A program made the translations under genes and the position numbers. Below are positions 9,856 through 20,271 of a stretch of 64,000 nt of DNA, piece after piece. Positions within the stretch are counted from its first letter, which is position 1. Every line of letters starts with the position of its first letter. The stretch comes from an uncultured delta proteobacterium (GTDB taxonomy: Bacteria > Desulfobacterota > Zymogenia > Zymogenales > Zymogenaceae), in the NCBI GenBank assembly GCA_963735595.1, contig CAVTLK010000001.1:576001-640000 (forward strand), read 5' to 3'. Under the pieces are notes generated by a model that worked only from the letters and a program-made list of their open reading frames with translations, ran no database searches and was not told where the DNA came from.

Positions 9856-10740
9856 TCAAGAGCGGGGATGGTACTTTTTGTGGACCTGTTTGAGCCTCGT
9901 CCGGTCGACGTGCGTGTATATCTCGGTGGTGGCTATGTCGGCGTGGCCCAGCATCATCTGAACCGACCTCAGGTCCGCCCCCCCCGAAAGGAGGTGGGTG
10001 GCAAAGGAATGTCTGAAGGTATGAGGGCCGATCTCTTTCTTGATATTGAGCGCCAGTGCGTAGGCTTTAATCGTCCGCCAGAAAAATTGACGCGACAACC
10101 CCGCCCCCCGCCTGTTGAGAAAGACGAGGTTAGTGCCCTTTCCCCGGTCCAGGAGGGGCCGCGCCTGGGTCAGGTAGCGGTTCAGCCAGGAGAGCGCCTC
10201 TGTCCCGAGGGGGACGACGCGTTCCTTGTTCCCCTTGCCGGTTACGATCAGGAATCCCGCATCCAGGTTTATTCGATCTCGGACGAGGCCGAGCAGTTCC
10301 GAGACCCTGAGGCCGCAGGCATAAAGTACCTCGATCATCGCCCGATCCCGCATTCCCCAGGGCGTCGTCAGCGACGGCACAGAAAGGAGCTGCTGCACCT
10401 CGCGGTACGTGAGATATTCCGGGAGTCTCTTCGTGAATTTCGGCGTCTCCAGAAGCTCCATCGGGTTTTTCGGAATATCCCCCTCCCGGACGAGAAAGGT
10501 GAAAAACGAGCGGATCGAGCTCATAAATCTGGCCCGGCTCCTGAGCGAAGTGCGCGGGCAGCCGAACTCGATAAACGAGGTGATATGGCCCTCTTCAACC
10601 GCGGACGGTTCGGAGATCCCGTTTTCGATAAGGAACGATGAGAAGCGGGCGAGATCGCTCGAGTAGGCCCAGATGGTATGCCGGGAGAGGGCCCGCTCCA
10701 CACCGAGGTGCCGGAGAAACCGGTCGATCTGCTCGTTCAT
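9856..10740 (-). CDS. xerD: Tyrosine recombinase XerD
   Basis: LYACGLRVSEL, GKGNKER, PHTFRHSFATHLL, LGHADIATTEIYTH, HPR. Confidence 0.93.
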   Translation of the reverse strand: MNEQIDRFLRHLGVERALSRHTIWAYSSDLARFSSFLIENGISEPSAVEEGHITSFIEFGCPRTSLRSRARFMSSIRSFFTFLVREGDIPKNPMELLETPKFTKRLPEYLTYREVQQLLSVPSLTTPWGMRDRAMIEVLYACGLRVSELLGLVRDRINLDAGFLIVTGKGNKERVVPLGTEALSWLNRYLTQARPLLDRGKGTNLVFLNRRGAGLSRQFFWRTIKAYALALNIKKEIGPHTFRHSFATHLLSGGADLRSVQMMLGHADIATTEIYTHVDRTRLKQVHKKYHPRS

Positions 10741-10741
10741 G

Positions 10742-12454
10742 TCAGCCCCCGGCCCGGACAACGCTCGTCTCCTTGATGTATCGCTGGACCCCGTTGAAGA
10801 TTCCCCGCGCCAGCGACTTGAGATAGTCGTCGGTCATAAGCCGCTTCTCTTCCCGCCTGTTTGAGATGTAGGAACACTCCACCAATATCGAGGGCATTTG
10901 GGCGCCCACCAGGACCCAGAACGGCCCCTGACAGACACCGATGCTGTTTATGGTATCGTATCCCTTTTTTACCGAATTGACCATACCTTCCTGGACGAAT
11001 TTCGCGAGCAGGCTCGACTCATTGCGCTTGGCCGAAACCACCAGATCCGTGAGGATATAGTCAAGCTCGGATAGCTCCTCGATCGTCGTATCGTTCTCCC
11101 TTGCGGCCACGGTAAGCGCCTTCTTATCGGAGGTAACCGCCAGGTAGTAGGTGCTGACACCGTAGGGGTTTCGGCTCGTGCTCGCGTTGTTATGGATCGA
11201 TATAAAAAGGTCGGCGCCCTTGTCGTTGGCGACGGCCGTCCTCTTTTTGAGGTCGAGGTATGTATCACCGCTTCGAGTCATAATCACCGTCAGGCCCAGC
11301 TCCTTTTCGAGGTATTCCTTCAGGTAGAGCGCGATCTTGAGGTTGGCCTTTTTTTCATAGTATCCGGTCGGCCCGACGGCTCCCGGATCCTTGCCGCCGT
11401 GGCCCGGGTCAATGACCACAACCTTGATCGTCTTTGAATAAGTCTTGTCCGACGCGTCGTGGGTACCGGTTATCGTGTTTGCATCATCGGACGCCTCGCC
11501 GCTCCAATGTGAGTCGTAGACGTCGATGACAATCCGGTTGGGTCCTGAGAGCGCGAACACCCGATACGTTGAGGCGGCATTTGGAGAAAGCAGAACCCGT
11601 AAGGGATTCGATTTCGCATTGATGCTGATTGTCTTGACTATCCCTCCGGAAATAGGACAATCTCCGGGAACCCCCGCACCCAGAACACCGCCGGGTATTT
11701 CTATATAGATCGGCGACGCGCCCGTTTCCATTGCGCCGTCCTTGACCCTGCCGTGTGAGTAGTCGGCCGCCGCCGATATATCGAGCACCACCCGGGTGTG
11801 GTCGGTCGAATTAAAACTTCTTACCCCGGTGATCCGGGTGGTTTCCTTGGCCGGGCTTTCCTTACCGGGCATACTGTCCTTTTTTGAGATGCCGCTGGTA
11901 ATCGTATCGCAATCGGAAGTCGCAGCATATTCCCCGAGTTCCTTGAGCCGTGCCTTGGCCTTGGGGGCCATATCTCCGGACGGATACGAGGTCGTGATCA
12001 GCCGATACCAGCAGTAGGCCTGTTTCGGGTCCTTAAAATCGCTGCGCGTGATTTCCGCTATTTCGTATACTGCATCGTCTGCCAGCATGCTGCCGGGATA
12101 ATCCCGAACCAACCGTTCAAACGCCTCGACCGCTTTTTCGAGGTCTTTCTTGGCCCATGAGCGCTCATAGAGGCGTCCGTAGAGTATACCTGTCATATAG
12201 CCGGCGTCATCCGCCCGCTCATGAGACGGGTATTCGAGGTATACGGTGCCGAACGATTCGATTACGGAAAGCCAGCAGTCCCTGCGCGAGAGTTGCTTCT
12301 CCGACGCGTTGAGCAGGGCCAGCTTTTTCTTGGCGGATTCATAAGCGCCGGCGCCGTCCTCGGCGCCGGTCGATACCACCGGCGGAAAAGAGACGAGCAG
12401 CGTCGCGGCGGCAACAATGATACAGAACCATCGAATGGGCGATCGGCGGGCCAT
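10742..12454 (-). CDS. N-acetylmuramoyl-L-alanine amidase with TPR and AMIN domains
   Basis: Signal peptide, TPR-like YP....ADDA repeats, RVVLD/RIVID AMIN strands, IDPGHGGKDPG, FISIHNNA, SILVE. Confidence 0.92.
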   Translation of the reverse strand: MARRSPIRWFCIIVAAATLLVSFPPVVSTGAEDGAGAYESAKKKLALLNASEKQLSRRDCWLSVIESFGTVYLEYPSHERADDAGYMTGILYGRLYERSWAKKDLEKAVEAFERLVRDYPGSMLADDAVYEIAEITRSDFKDPKQAYCWYRLITTSYPSGDMAPKAKARLKELGEYAATSDCDTITSGISKKDSMPGKESPAKETTRITGVRSFNSTDHTRVVLDISAAADYSHGRVKDGAMETGASPIYIEIPGGVLGAGVPGDCPISGGIVKTISINAKSNPLRVLLSPNAASTYRVFALSGPNRIVIDVYDSHWSGEASDDANTITGTHDASDKTYSKTIKVVVIDPGHGGKDPGAVGPTGYYEKKANLKIALYLKEYLEKELGLTVIMTRSGDTYLDLKKRTAVANDKGADLFISIHNNASTSRNPYGVSTYYLAVTSDKKALTVAARENDTTIEELSELDYILTDLVVSAKRNESSLLAKFVQEGMVNSVKKGYDTINSIGVCQGPFWVLVGAQMPSILVECSYISNRREEKRLMTDDYLKSLARGIFNGVQRYIKETSVVRAGG

Positions 12455-12576
12455 ATTTTTATTCAATTATATCTTAATTTACTTATTATATGCATAATTA
12501 TACTATGATAACTCATATCTTTCAAGTATTTTTTTCACTTTTTGACTTTTCGTCTGATGTATGGTAGGGTATCGCC

Positions 12577-13002
12577 ATGTCTCGAGAGTACCCTGCCCGC
12601 CCCATCCTGGGCGTTGGAGCGGTGGTCGTCAGCGACGGCCGTGCGCTCCTGATCAAACGCGGCAAAGAGCCGGCCAAGGACGTATGGAGTATTCCCGGCG
12701 GAATGGTGGAGATCGGGGAGACGATTCACGATGCGGTTGTCCGTGAGATCAGGGAGGAAACGGGGCTCGAAATCGAGGTCGGCGACCGGCTCTCGACCCT
12801 GGAACGGATATTCAGGGATGATTCCGGACGCGTGAGATATCATTACGTCCTGATCGACTACCGCGCGGTACCTATTGGGGGGACGCTCGCCGCATCCAGC
12901 GACGCCACCGAGGCCGCATTCTTTACAGCCCGTCAACTGGGGCAATTGGGCCTTGCCGACGTTACCGCCCAGGTGGTGGCCCGTGCACTGGACGGCCGTT
13001 GA
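12577..13002 (+). CDS. NUDIX hydrolase
   Basis: Nudix box GMVEIGETIHDAVVREIREETG. Confidence 0.93.
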   Translation: MSREYPARPILGVGAVVVSDGRALLIKRGKEPAKDVWSIPGGMVEIGETIHDAVVREIREETGLEIEVGDRLSTLERIFRDDSGRVRYHYVLIDYRAVPIGGTLAASSDATEAAFFTARQLGQLGLADVTAQVVARALDGR

Positions 13003-13013
13003 ACTCATGCCAC

Positions 13014-13041
13014 GGAACATTTCCGGCCCGTTTGGGTCAAA
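13014..13041 (+). promoter_or_regulatory. ECF (sigmaE-type) autoregulatory promoter
   Basis: GGAACAT-16 nt-TCAAA directly upstream of the ECF sigma gene. Confidence 0.7.
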
Positions 13042-13057
13042 TAGATAGGATGACCCC

Positions 13058-13645
13058 GTGACTCAAAGAGAGTGGGACAGTCGTGACGAAGCCGAGCTGA
13101 TCGCCGCATCCCAGACGGGAGACCATGACGCGTTCGGGTTCCTCATGAGACTCTATAAGGACCGCGTCTTCAATACGGCGCTGCGTTTCGTCGGAAACTG
13201 GGCCATCGCCGAGGAGCTGACCCAGGATATCTTTATTTCGGTCTATCGGAACATCGGGGGGTTCAAAGGCGAATCAAAGTTTTCCACCTGGCTCTATCGC
13301 GTTACGGTGAATCACGCAAAGAACCGTATCGGGTATATGTCCCGAAAGGGGTATTTCAGGAGCGATGAGCTTTCCGACAATACCGGCGGAGACGGCGTAT
13401 GGGCCCTCACCGGCAGGACGTCAAATCCCGGAGAGTACGCCGAAGACAAGGAGCTGATCGGCATTCTCATGGAATGCTTCAAGAAGCTTTCGGACAACGA
13501 TCGGCGCATCATCACCCTCAAAGATTTCGAGGGATTGAACTACGATGAAATCGCCGGGGTCCTGGAGATTAATCTCGGTACGGTAAAATCGCGGCTATCT
13601 CGCGCGCGGGACCGCCTGAAAGAGATGATGAAGGAATACCTGTGA
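13058..13645 (+). CDS. ECF RNA polymerase sigma factor
   Basis: AEELTQDIF, FSTWLYRV, YDEIAGVLEINLGTVKSRLSRAR. Confidence 0.95.
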   Translation: MTQREWDSRDEAELIAASQTGDHDAFGFLMRLYKDRVFNTALRFVGNWAIAEELTQDIFISVYRNIGGFKGESKFSTWLYRVTVNHAKNRIGYMSRKGYFRSDELSDNTGGDGVWALTGRTSNPGEYAEDKELIGILMECFKKLSDNDRRIITLKDFEGLNYDEIAGVLEINLGTVKSRLSRARDRLKEMMKEYL

Positions 13646-13705
13646 TCGAGCCGCACGGCCGGCGCAGGTTTTACATTTGATATACCTTCGTATGACTATT
13701 GACGT

Positions 13706-14758
13706 ATGGACAGAGACCTAAAACGGGCAAAGATGCTTATTTCGCTGGTCCACGACGGCGAGCTCACCGACGAGGAGCACCGTTTTCTCGAACGGGCGGT
13801 TCTCCGTTATCCGGAGCTTAAGCTCGAGATCTACCAGTACGAGCGTCTCCACGACCTTCTGGGCATGGCACCGGCGGCAACCGCGCCTGCGGATGTCGAG
13901 CGCCGCGTCCTCGAGGCCATCCGGCCCCAACAGCTTACCGCTACTCCGGGCAGGGTCATACCCTTTGCCCGTTGGAGGTTTCCCGTCGAGGTCGCCGGCG
14001 CCGTGGCGACGGCCGTCATCCTCGTCTTTGTGGTCCTCATCTCATACCCCCGGCTGATGGGCACCGGCAGTAAAATGGCGGTCCTCCCTCATGATGCGGC
14101 CGGGACTTCGACCGCTTCCACGGTCATGCCTGATTCGACGCCGGCGGCCGCCGAAGACGTGGCTCTGGTCCCCCATACCGGCGAAGACAAATCAAGCGAC
14201 CCCCTCCTGATGGGCGAAATGGACGATACTATCCACCCTGCCCCCGGGGTTGACAAGAAAACCTTTTCCTCGGAAATTAGTCCATTCGGGACTGTAACCT
14301 CCGCCGGGGTGACCGCGGAGAAGGTCTCCAAGATCATCGTCCCCACGCGGGATGCCCTGCTGTCAGCCGCAAAGAAAGAGGCACCGATGATTTCCACGAC
14401 GTTCATATCCTCTCCCTCGGAAGAGCTTGTGCTTCCCACCATCCTCCTGATCTACCATAATGATCCAATGAAGGCGCAAAAAGATATCATGGATAAGGCG
14501 GTATCCCTGGGAGGGACTGTCACAAGAATGGAGATGGAGTATTTCAAGGGAAAAGACGAAGGCAAGACCGACGTGGACGCGGAGACGACGGAGGAAGAAG
14601 ACCAGGGAGAGATGATCAGCCTTCCGCCCGAAAAGGTCGGCGAGCTGCTCGATTACCTCGTTTCCCGGTATCCCGGGATAGACAAAGAGGTCGGTGACAT
14701 CAGGGCCAACAAGGCATCCCTATTTATCAGGATCGATGTCGTCCCGACCATCCAGTAG
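13706..14758 (+). CDS. Probable membrane anti-sigma factor
   Basis: Follows the ECF gene; SLVHDGELT anti-sigma-like N-terminus, one TM helix, periplasmic tail. Confidence 0.72.
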   Translation: MDRDLKRAKMLISLVHDGELTDEEHRFLERAVLRYPELKLEIYQYERLHDLLGMAPAATAPADVERRVLEAIRPQQLTATPGRVIPFARWRFPVEVAGAVATAVILVFVVLISYPRLMGTGSKMAVLPHDAAGTSTASTVMPDSTPAAAEDVALVPHTGEDKSSDPLLMGEMDDTIHPAPGVDKKTFSSEISPFGTVTSAGVTAEKVSKIIVPTRDALLSAAKKEAPMISTTFISSPSEELVLPTILLIYHNDPMKAQKDIMDKAVSLGGTVTRMEMEYFKGKDEGKTDVDAETTEEEDQGEMISLPPEKVGELLDYLVSRYPGIDKEVGDIRANKASLFIRIDVVPTIQ

Positions 14759-14760
14759 AT

Positions 14761-15249
14761 TCAGATATCCCGAACCATGATAAGAGCGTTTTCCTTCGTG
14801 TCGGTATAGTATCCCTTCCGCGTATACACGATGCGAAACCCCATCTTCTTGTAGAGGCCGATGCCGGCATCGTTATGCTCCCTCACCTCAAGAAAGACGT
14901 ATTTCCCTCCGAGCTGTTTGGCGGCGTCGAGTGAGCGTTCGATGATCTCAGTACCGAAGCCGAACCTCCTCAGGTCTCTGCGCACGGCAATGCTCATGAT
15001 GTGCACCTCACCCTCAATCAACCAGAATACAATATAACCCGCCACGCCCCCCCCAAAATCGAAAACATACCGGTGGGAGAACTCGAGCTCGAATTCCCGC
15101 ATAAAGATCCCCATTGTCCATGGGGTGGGAAACGACGACTCCTCGATTTGCATCACGTCGTCGAGGTCCTCAACGCCCATCGGCTTCATCTCCAGATCGC
15201 GGGCATCGGGACGGACGCCGGGCTGATGACGGCTGCTCTTCACGTTCAC
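14761..15249 (-). CDS. rimI: Ribosomal protein S18 alanine N-acetyltransferase
   Basis: IEESSFPTPW, FLEVREHN, LYKKMGF, RKGYY..ENALIM. Confidence 0.93.
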   Translation of the reverse strand: MNVKSSRHQPGVRPDARDLEMKPMGVEDLDDVMQIEESSFPTPWTMGIFMREFELEFSHRYVFDFGGGVAGYIVFWLIEGEVHIMSIAVRRDLRRFGFGTEIIERSLDAAKQLGGKYVFLEVREHNDAGIGLYKKMGFRIVYTRKGYYTDTKENALIMVRDI

Positions 15250-15301
15250 ATATCCCTGTGGTGTCGGTTCTGGTCGTTAACTCGTTGATTCGTGCGCGGC
15301 A

Positions 15302-15904
15302 TTATGTGGACTTCATCACGATAGACAGAATAATATTCGCGGCCTCGTCGCCCCGATCGGCGCAATTCGACAGGTGCCGATAGACCTCCCGCATCTTGAG
15401 CATATAGATCGGGTCGGTTCCCTTGAAAAGATCGGAGAGCGCCCGATGGTAGGCCTTCTCCATATCGTTTTCAAGCTTCTTGGCCCTCACGGCATGGTCG
15501 TTGGCGATATTCGGGTATTCCTTGAGGTATTTGATCGCGTTCACGAGCTCTTCATAGGCCAGGATCATAATGTCGATCATATTCCTGATATGCTCATCGG
15601 CCGAAAGCTCATAGGCCGTCATCTCGATGACGGTATTGTCCGCGTAATCCATGACATCGTCGAGCGCGCGGGAGAGCTGGAAGATATCCTCCCGATCGAT
15701 CGGTGTAGCGAATGTGCGGTTGAGCTCGGCGATAATGATCCTGCGGTGCTCATCGGCCTCCTTTTCGAGGGTTTTAACGGCCTGGGCGCAGTCGCTGCAC
15801 TGGTCGGTCGCATACCCCTTGAGCGCCTTGACGCCTTCCAGGACTTTCTCCGACTGTTTGCTGAGAAGCGAATAGAAATCGGGTTTCTTTTTAAAAAAGT
15901 TCAT
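15302..15904 (-). CDS. DUF47 phosphate transport regulator
   Basis: LEKEAD..R, TPIDREDI..L...LDD; adjacent to the PiT transporter. Confidence 0.92.
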   Translation of the reverse strand: MNFFKKKPDFYSLLSKQSEKVLEGVKALKGYATDQCSDCAQAVKTLEKEADEHRRIIIAELNRTFATPIDREDIFQLSRALDDVMDYADNTVIEMTAYELSADEHIRNMIDIMILAYEELVNAIKYLKEYPNIANDHAVRAKKLENDMEKAYHRALSDLFKGTDPIYMLKMREVYRHLSNCADRGDEAANIILSIVMKST

Positions 15905-16943
15905 GGATCTCCCGTATCGTTATGTAGATGATGCCTCCGGCTATGGCAGTGAAGGGAAACGTAATAGCCCAGGTCGATACGATCCTGCCGACCATATTCC
16001 ATTTGACGGCCGATATCCTCTGCGCCGCTCCGGCGCCCACAACCGACGACGAGATCACCTGCGTGGTGCTCATCGGAAATCCGAAAATAGCCGACGCGTA
16101 CACGATGGCCGCCGACGCCGTCTGCGCGGAGAAACCGTGCACCGACCGGATACGGTAGATCTTCGCGCCGAGGGTCTTCATCGTCCGGTATCCGCCCGTT
16201 AAAATCCCGATGAATATCGCCGCGGCACAACTGATCCTCACCCAGGCCGGCACGGACACATCCGGTCCACCCCCGAAGAAAGGGGACATCTCAGCCGGAT
16301 ACAGCCGATACATGATGAAAAGGCCCAGGGTCAAAATACCCACGGTTTTCTGCGCGTCGTTTGCCCCGTAGGCCACCGAGATAGCCGACGAACTGAGGAG
16401 CTGTAACCGTTCAAAGAACCGTCTTACCGTTCCCGGGGACTGTGCCCCGAATAGTCGCAGCGCACCCCTGGTCAATAGGTATCCGAAAAGAAGCCCCACG
16501 AAGGGTGAGATCAACAATACGAGCAGCATCTCGACGATGAATACCCAGTGGAGGGCATCCGGGCCGGCCGAAATCAGCGTTGGGCCCAGCAGGCCGCCGA
16601 TCAGGGCGTGCGTCGAACTGGTGGGTATGCCCCGTATACCGGCAACCACGTTCCAGAGCAGCGCCGAAACAAGCGCCGACCAGATCACGAGCAGATCCAG
16701 GCGCTCTGGATCGGCGATCCCCCGGACGAAGGTCAGGGCCACCGCCGTCGGCAGGAGGAGCGCGCCGAGGGCTGAAAAGATCGCGACGAGTACGAGGGCC
16801 CATCCCGGCGCGACCGCCCCGGTATATACCAGAGTGGCGACAATCGACCCGGAATCATTGAAGCCCTGGACATACTGGAAGAGCAGCGAAACCGCCGCCA
16901 ACCCACAGATAAGTATCAGGACGCTTGATACGGGCAAACCCAT
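15891..16943 (-). CDS. PiT-family inorganic phosphate transporter
   Basis: GFND, GIPTSSTHALIGG, GANDAQK, PMSTTQ motifs; multi-TM. Confidence 0.93.
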   Translation of the reverse strand: MGLPVSSVLILICGLAAVSLLFQYVQGFNDSGSIVATLVYTGAVAPGWALVLVAIFSALGALLLPTAVALTFVRGIADPERLDLLVIWSALVSALLWNVVAGIRGIPTSSTHALIGGLLGPTLISAGPDALHWVFIVEMLLVLLISPFVGLLFGYLLTRGALRLFGAQSPGTVRRFFERLQLLSSSAISVAYGANDAQKTVGILTLGLFIMYRLYPAEMSPFFGGGPDVSVPAWVRISCAAAIFIGILTGGYRTMKTLGAKIYRIRSVHGFSAQTASAAIVYASAIFGFPMSTTQVISSSVVGAGAAQRISAVKWNMVGRIVSTWAITFPFTAIAGGIIYITIREIHELF

Positions 16944-17389
16944 TACCTCATAACCTTAACCGTCAGCACCGGGCACTCGGCCCCCCGGAGAACGCGTTCT
17001 ACGGTGCTGCCGAAGATAAGGTGGTCGAGGCCCGACCTGCCGTGAGTCCCCATAATAATCACGTCCACCTTCTTCTCGGCGGCGATCTTCAGGATCTCCC
17101 GATAGGGGTCGCCCTTTGCCAGTATCGACTCATGCTGAATCTTCTTGTCGAAGTACTTCAGGCAAAACTCATTAAGGCTCTTCTTGGCGGAGAGATAGAC
17201 CTCCCCCATTACCGTCTCCAGCGAGATGTGCGGAAGGTAGAGTCCCGTGTAGTCATCGAGGCTTGACACAACATGCAACACAAATACCTTGGCCGAGAAG
17301 CATGTACCGAATGTCAGGGCGTATTCGGCCAGCAACTCCGACGAATCCGAAAAGTCCACGGGAATCAGAACCGTTTTGATTTCTTTCAT
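16943..17389 (-). CDS. Universal stress protein
   Basis: LIPVDFS, IIMGTHGRSG, GSTVERV, CPVLTV. Confidence 0.95.
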   Translation of the reverse strand: MKEIKTVLIPVDFSDSSELLAEYALTFGTCFSAKVFVLHVVSSLDDYTGLYLPHISLETVMGEVYLSAKKSLNEFCLKYFDKKIQHESILAKGDPYREILKIAAEKKVDVIIMGTHGRSGLDHLIFGSTVERVLRGAECPVLTVKVMR

Positions 17390-17656
17390 GGTCCGCTATT
17401 CCCCCCTTGATCTACCTATGCCGCCCTATGTTGCCCTATGTCGCCATGGCCGGGCCTATAACGATCAAGAGCGCCCCAAAGTCGACTAATTTTATCAAAA
17501 GCATCCGTCAAAGACAAGAAGGAATAAAATACTTGACATGAGAGATTTTTTAATATATATTTTAGGCATATTTATCTATATTTTTACGTATTTAAGACAT
17601 ATATAAGGTATAATTTAGCATATTTTAGAAGAATACCACGTCCGCACAGGACTTGA

Positions 17657-18582
17657 GTGACCATGAAAGGTAAGATTCTCTGTGCCGTCTCTCTCGCAAT
17701 GATGCTCGTCTTTGCCGCTTCGGTCCTCTGCGAGGCCGACACCGCCGGCGTCCTGATGAACACCGCCCAGGATAAATACGAGACACTTCTGAAATCCGAA
17801 AAACGGCGGTCGTCCAAGTCGATGTGGCTTGAGGTCATCAACGCGTTCGATCGGGTCGTAAAGGGGTATCCAGGCTCCGAGGAGGCGCCGCTGGCCCTCT
17901 TCGCAGAGGCGTGTATCTGGCGGGAGATGTTCAACTACTCTATCACGCTCGGTGAGCTCTACCGCTCCGAGGCGACGTTCAAGAAGTTCATCAAGACATA
18001 TCCCAAACACAAACTGGTTGTCGACGCTAAACGGAATATCGAGGAGATCCAGAACCAGAAGAAGAATAACAGCCTCATCACCGTATCGACGGCCAAACCG
18101 GATCCGGAAAAGTTCCCGGGCCGTACGACCGCCCTAAAGGACGACCCGAAGGACACCGCGTGTCCGCCAATCAATAGCTATTCCGAGAAGATCACGAAGG
18201 TCGATAAGAAAGACACGAAGAAATCCGGGACCGGTTCCGTTGCGTCGCCGGCGTCTATCGAGAAGATTCGCTATTTTACCGACGACGCACGGACACGGAT
18301 AGTGGTTGACCTGGACGCGACCGTTGCCTTTGAAGACGCGGCCCTGCCGCCCGATTCGCCCGGCGGCATTCCGCCCCGTATCTACGTGGACCTGGTCGGC
18401 GCAAGCGTCTCCTCGGGCCTGTACGGCCCCCTGGCCGTTAAAGACGGCCTGGTCTCGCGGATACGCTGGTCAAAAAAGGAAGGGGCCGTGCGGGTAGTGC
18501 TCGACCTGGAAAAAAAGGCGGACTACACCGTATTCCGCCTGGCGAACCCACACCGTTAGTCATCGATGTATCACGAAACTAA
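17657..18582 (+). CDS. Secreted TPR + AMIN-domain protein with no amidase domain; 1-nt deletion near the end
   Basis: Signal peptide, TPR region, TRIVVDL/RIYVDL/VRVVLDL; adding one T at about 18556 gives ...PHRLVIDVSRN* ending at 18582. Confidence 0.8.
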
Positions 18583-18762
18583 GCAATTGCTCCCTCATGA
18601 GATCCTGTAATTCCCAACACGGTTAACGTCAACTCCCGTAATCCCGTGCTCGCCACAGCACCCTTTCCCCCCGTACCGGGACAATCATAAGGGATAATAC
18701 CGCCGGCAAAACCTCAAGGACATCGAGGCTCCGTCCGATGGCACATACGGGATGCGGTGCCG

Positions 18763-19402
18763 TTAGGCCGAGAGGACATTCTCGAAGACCTTGACGGCCT
18801 TGACCGCGTCTTCGCCGTACGCGTCAACACCCATCTCTTTGGCGAGCTTTTCGGAGGTACAGGCCCCGCCGATAACGATCTTCACCTTGTTGCGAAGTCC
18901 CGCTTCCGTAAGCGCGTCAACGGTGTCCTTGATGCTGCCGATCATCGTGGTCAGCAGGATCGAGAGCCCCAGCGCCGGCGCCTTGGCGTCTCTAACGGCG
19001 GCAACGATCTTATCCTCGGGCACGTCAACGCCCAGGTCGACAACCGTATAGTCCGACGCCGAAAGCATCATGCCCACGATGTTCTTTCCGATATCGTGGA
19101 TATCGCCCTTGACGGTCGCCAGCACCACGGTCCCCTTCTTGCCCGCGTCTTTTTTGTCTATCTTATCGTCAAGAACGGCCATCCCCTCCTTCATCACCTC
19201 ACCGGCCAGAATCAGGTCGGCCAGGAAGTATTCACCGCTCTCAAAACGCTGCTCCGACTACCGCCATTCCCTCTCCCATTCCCTCTTTGATGATGGTCCA
19301 CGGATCGACTCCTTCGTCGAGGGCTTTCTTGATAAGGCCCTGAACATTGTCGAGGTCCAGGTCCACTATCGCCTCTTTTACCATCCGTACGGATTCCTTC
19401 AT
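18763..19402 (-). CDS. Corrinoid (cobalamin-binding) protein; frameshift at about 19245
   Basis: N-terminal cap MKESVRMVKEAIVDLD...GMAVVG in one frame, then FESGEYFLADL...GDIHDIGKNIV (DxHxxG) in the +1 frame. Confidence 0.88.
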
Positions 19403-19425
19403 GGTCGTTGCACTCCTTCTTGGAA

Positions 19426-20223
19426 TTACGGGATAATATTGTTCTTTCGAAACTGGGTAAGATAGTTCCTGCAGTAGGGATCTTTACCGAGGAGCATTTC
19501 GGAAACGGCGGCCGCCGTCGTGAGCTTTTTGTCAAGGGGGTCGATAATGGCCGCGTCAAGTCCCGCACCCACGGCCAGCGTCAGGAAGGTCCGATTGATA
19601 AGGAATCGCTCGGGCATCCCGTACGAAATATTGGAAAGGCCGCAGATGATGTGAACACCGGGTATCTCGGCCCTGATACGTCCGATCGTCTCCAGCACCA
19701 TCGTGCCCTTGGTGTGGTCGGCGCTGATCGTCTGGACGAGCGGGTCAAGGAATATGTGTTCCCGTGAGATGCCGATCCCCTCGAGGGTCTGGACCATCCG
19801 TTCGGCGTTGCTGTACGCCTGGTCGGCGGTCTTGGGAAGTCCCGAATCGTCCATGCAAAGCGCGACGATATCCGCCTCGCGCTCCGTCAGCGCGGGCTTC
19901 ATCTCGGCCAGCTTCTTTGACTCCAGCGAAACCGAGTTGATCATCGGGGTCTTGGTGAGCTTGTGGATATTCTTGAGGATTACACGGCTGCTGGAGCTGT
20001 CGATGGAGATGCGCGAGTCCACCACCCCCTGGACGAGGTCGATCATCCAGGCCATGTCGGCCTCTTCACGATCGGGGTGGGCCCCGGCGTTTATGTCGAT
20101 GATGTCGGCCCCCGCGGCGAACTGATCGGTCGCCTCCTTGATAACGAGGGCTTCATCCTTTTTCTCTATGGCTTCCCGAACCGCTTTCCGCGCGGCGTTG
20201 AGCCTTTCCGCAACAATGATCAT
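19426..20223 (-). CDS. Methyltetrahydrofolate:corrinoid methyltransferase (pterin-binding, AcsE-like)
   Basis: IVAERLN, GADIIDIN, ISIDS, INSVS, FLDPL, GLSNISYGMPER, GLDAAIIDP. Confidence 0.92.
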   Translation of the reverse strand: MIIVAERLNAARKAVREAIEKKDEALVIKEATDQFAAGADIIDINAGAHPDREEADMAWMIDLVQGVVDSRISIDSSSSRVILKNIHKLTKTPMINSVSLESKKLAEMKPALTEREADIVALCMDDSGLPKTADQAYSNAERMVQTLEGIGISREHIFLDPLVQTISADHTKGTMVLETIGRIRAEIPGVHIICGLSNISYGMPERFLINRTFLTLAVGAGLDAAIIDPLDKKLTTAAAVSEMLLGKDPYCRNYLTQFRKNNIIP

Positions 20224-20271
20224 CGCGATCCTCTCTCAACGATCAGAGCCTTGTACTCGTGCTGGATGACG

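Noticed and set aside
9856..10740. Integrase or mobile element
   Set aside because: The sequence and housekeeping context match chromosomal XerD; no att sites or cargo genes.
18583..18762. Cobalamin riboswitch near the corrinoid gene
   Set aside because: It lies downstream of the gene and has no B12 box.
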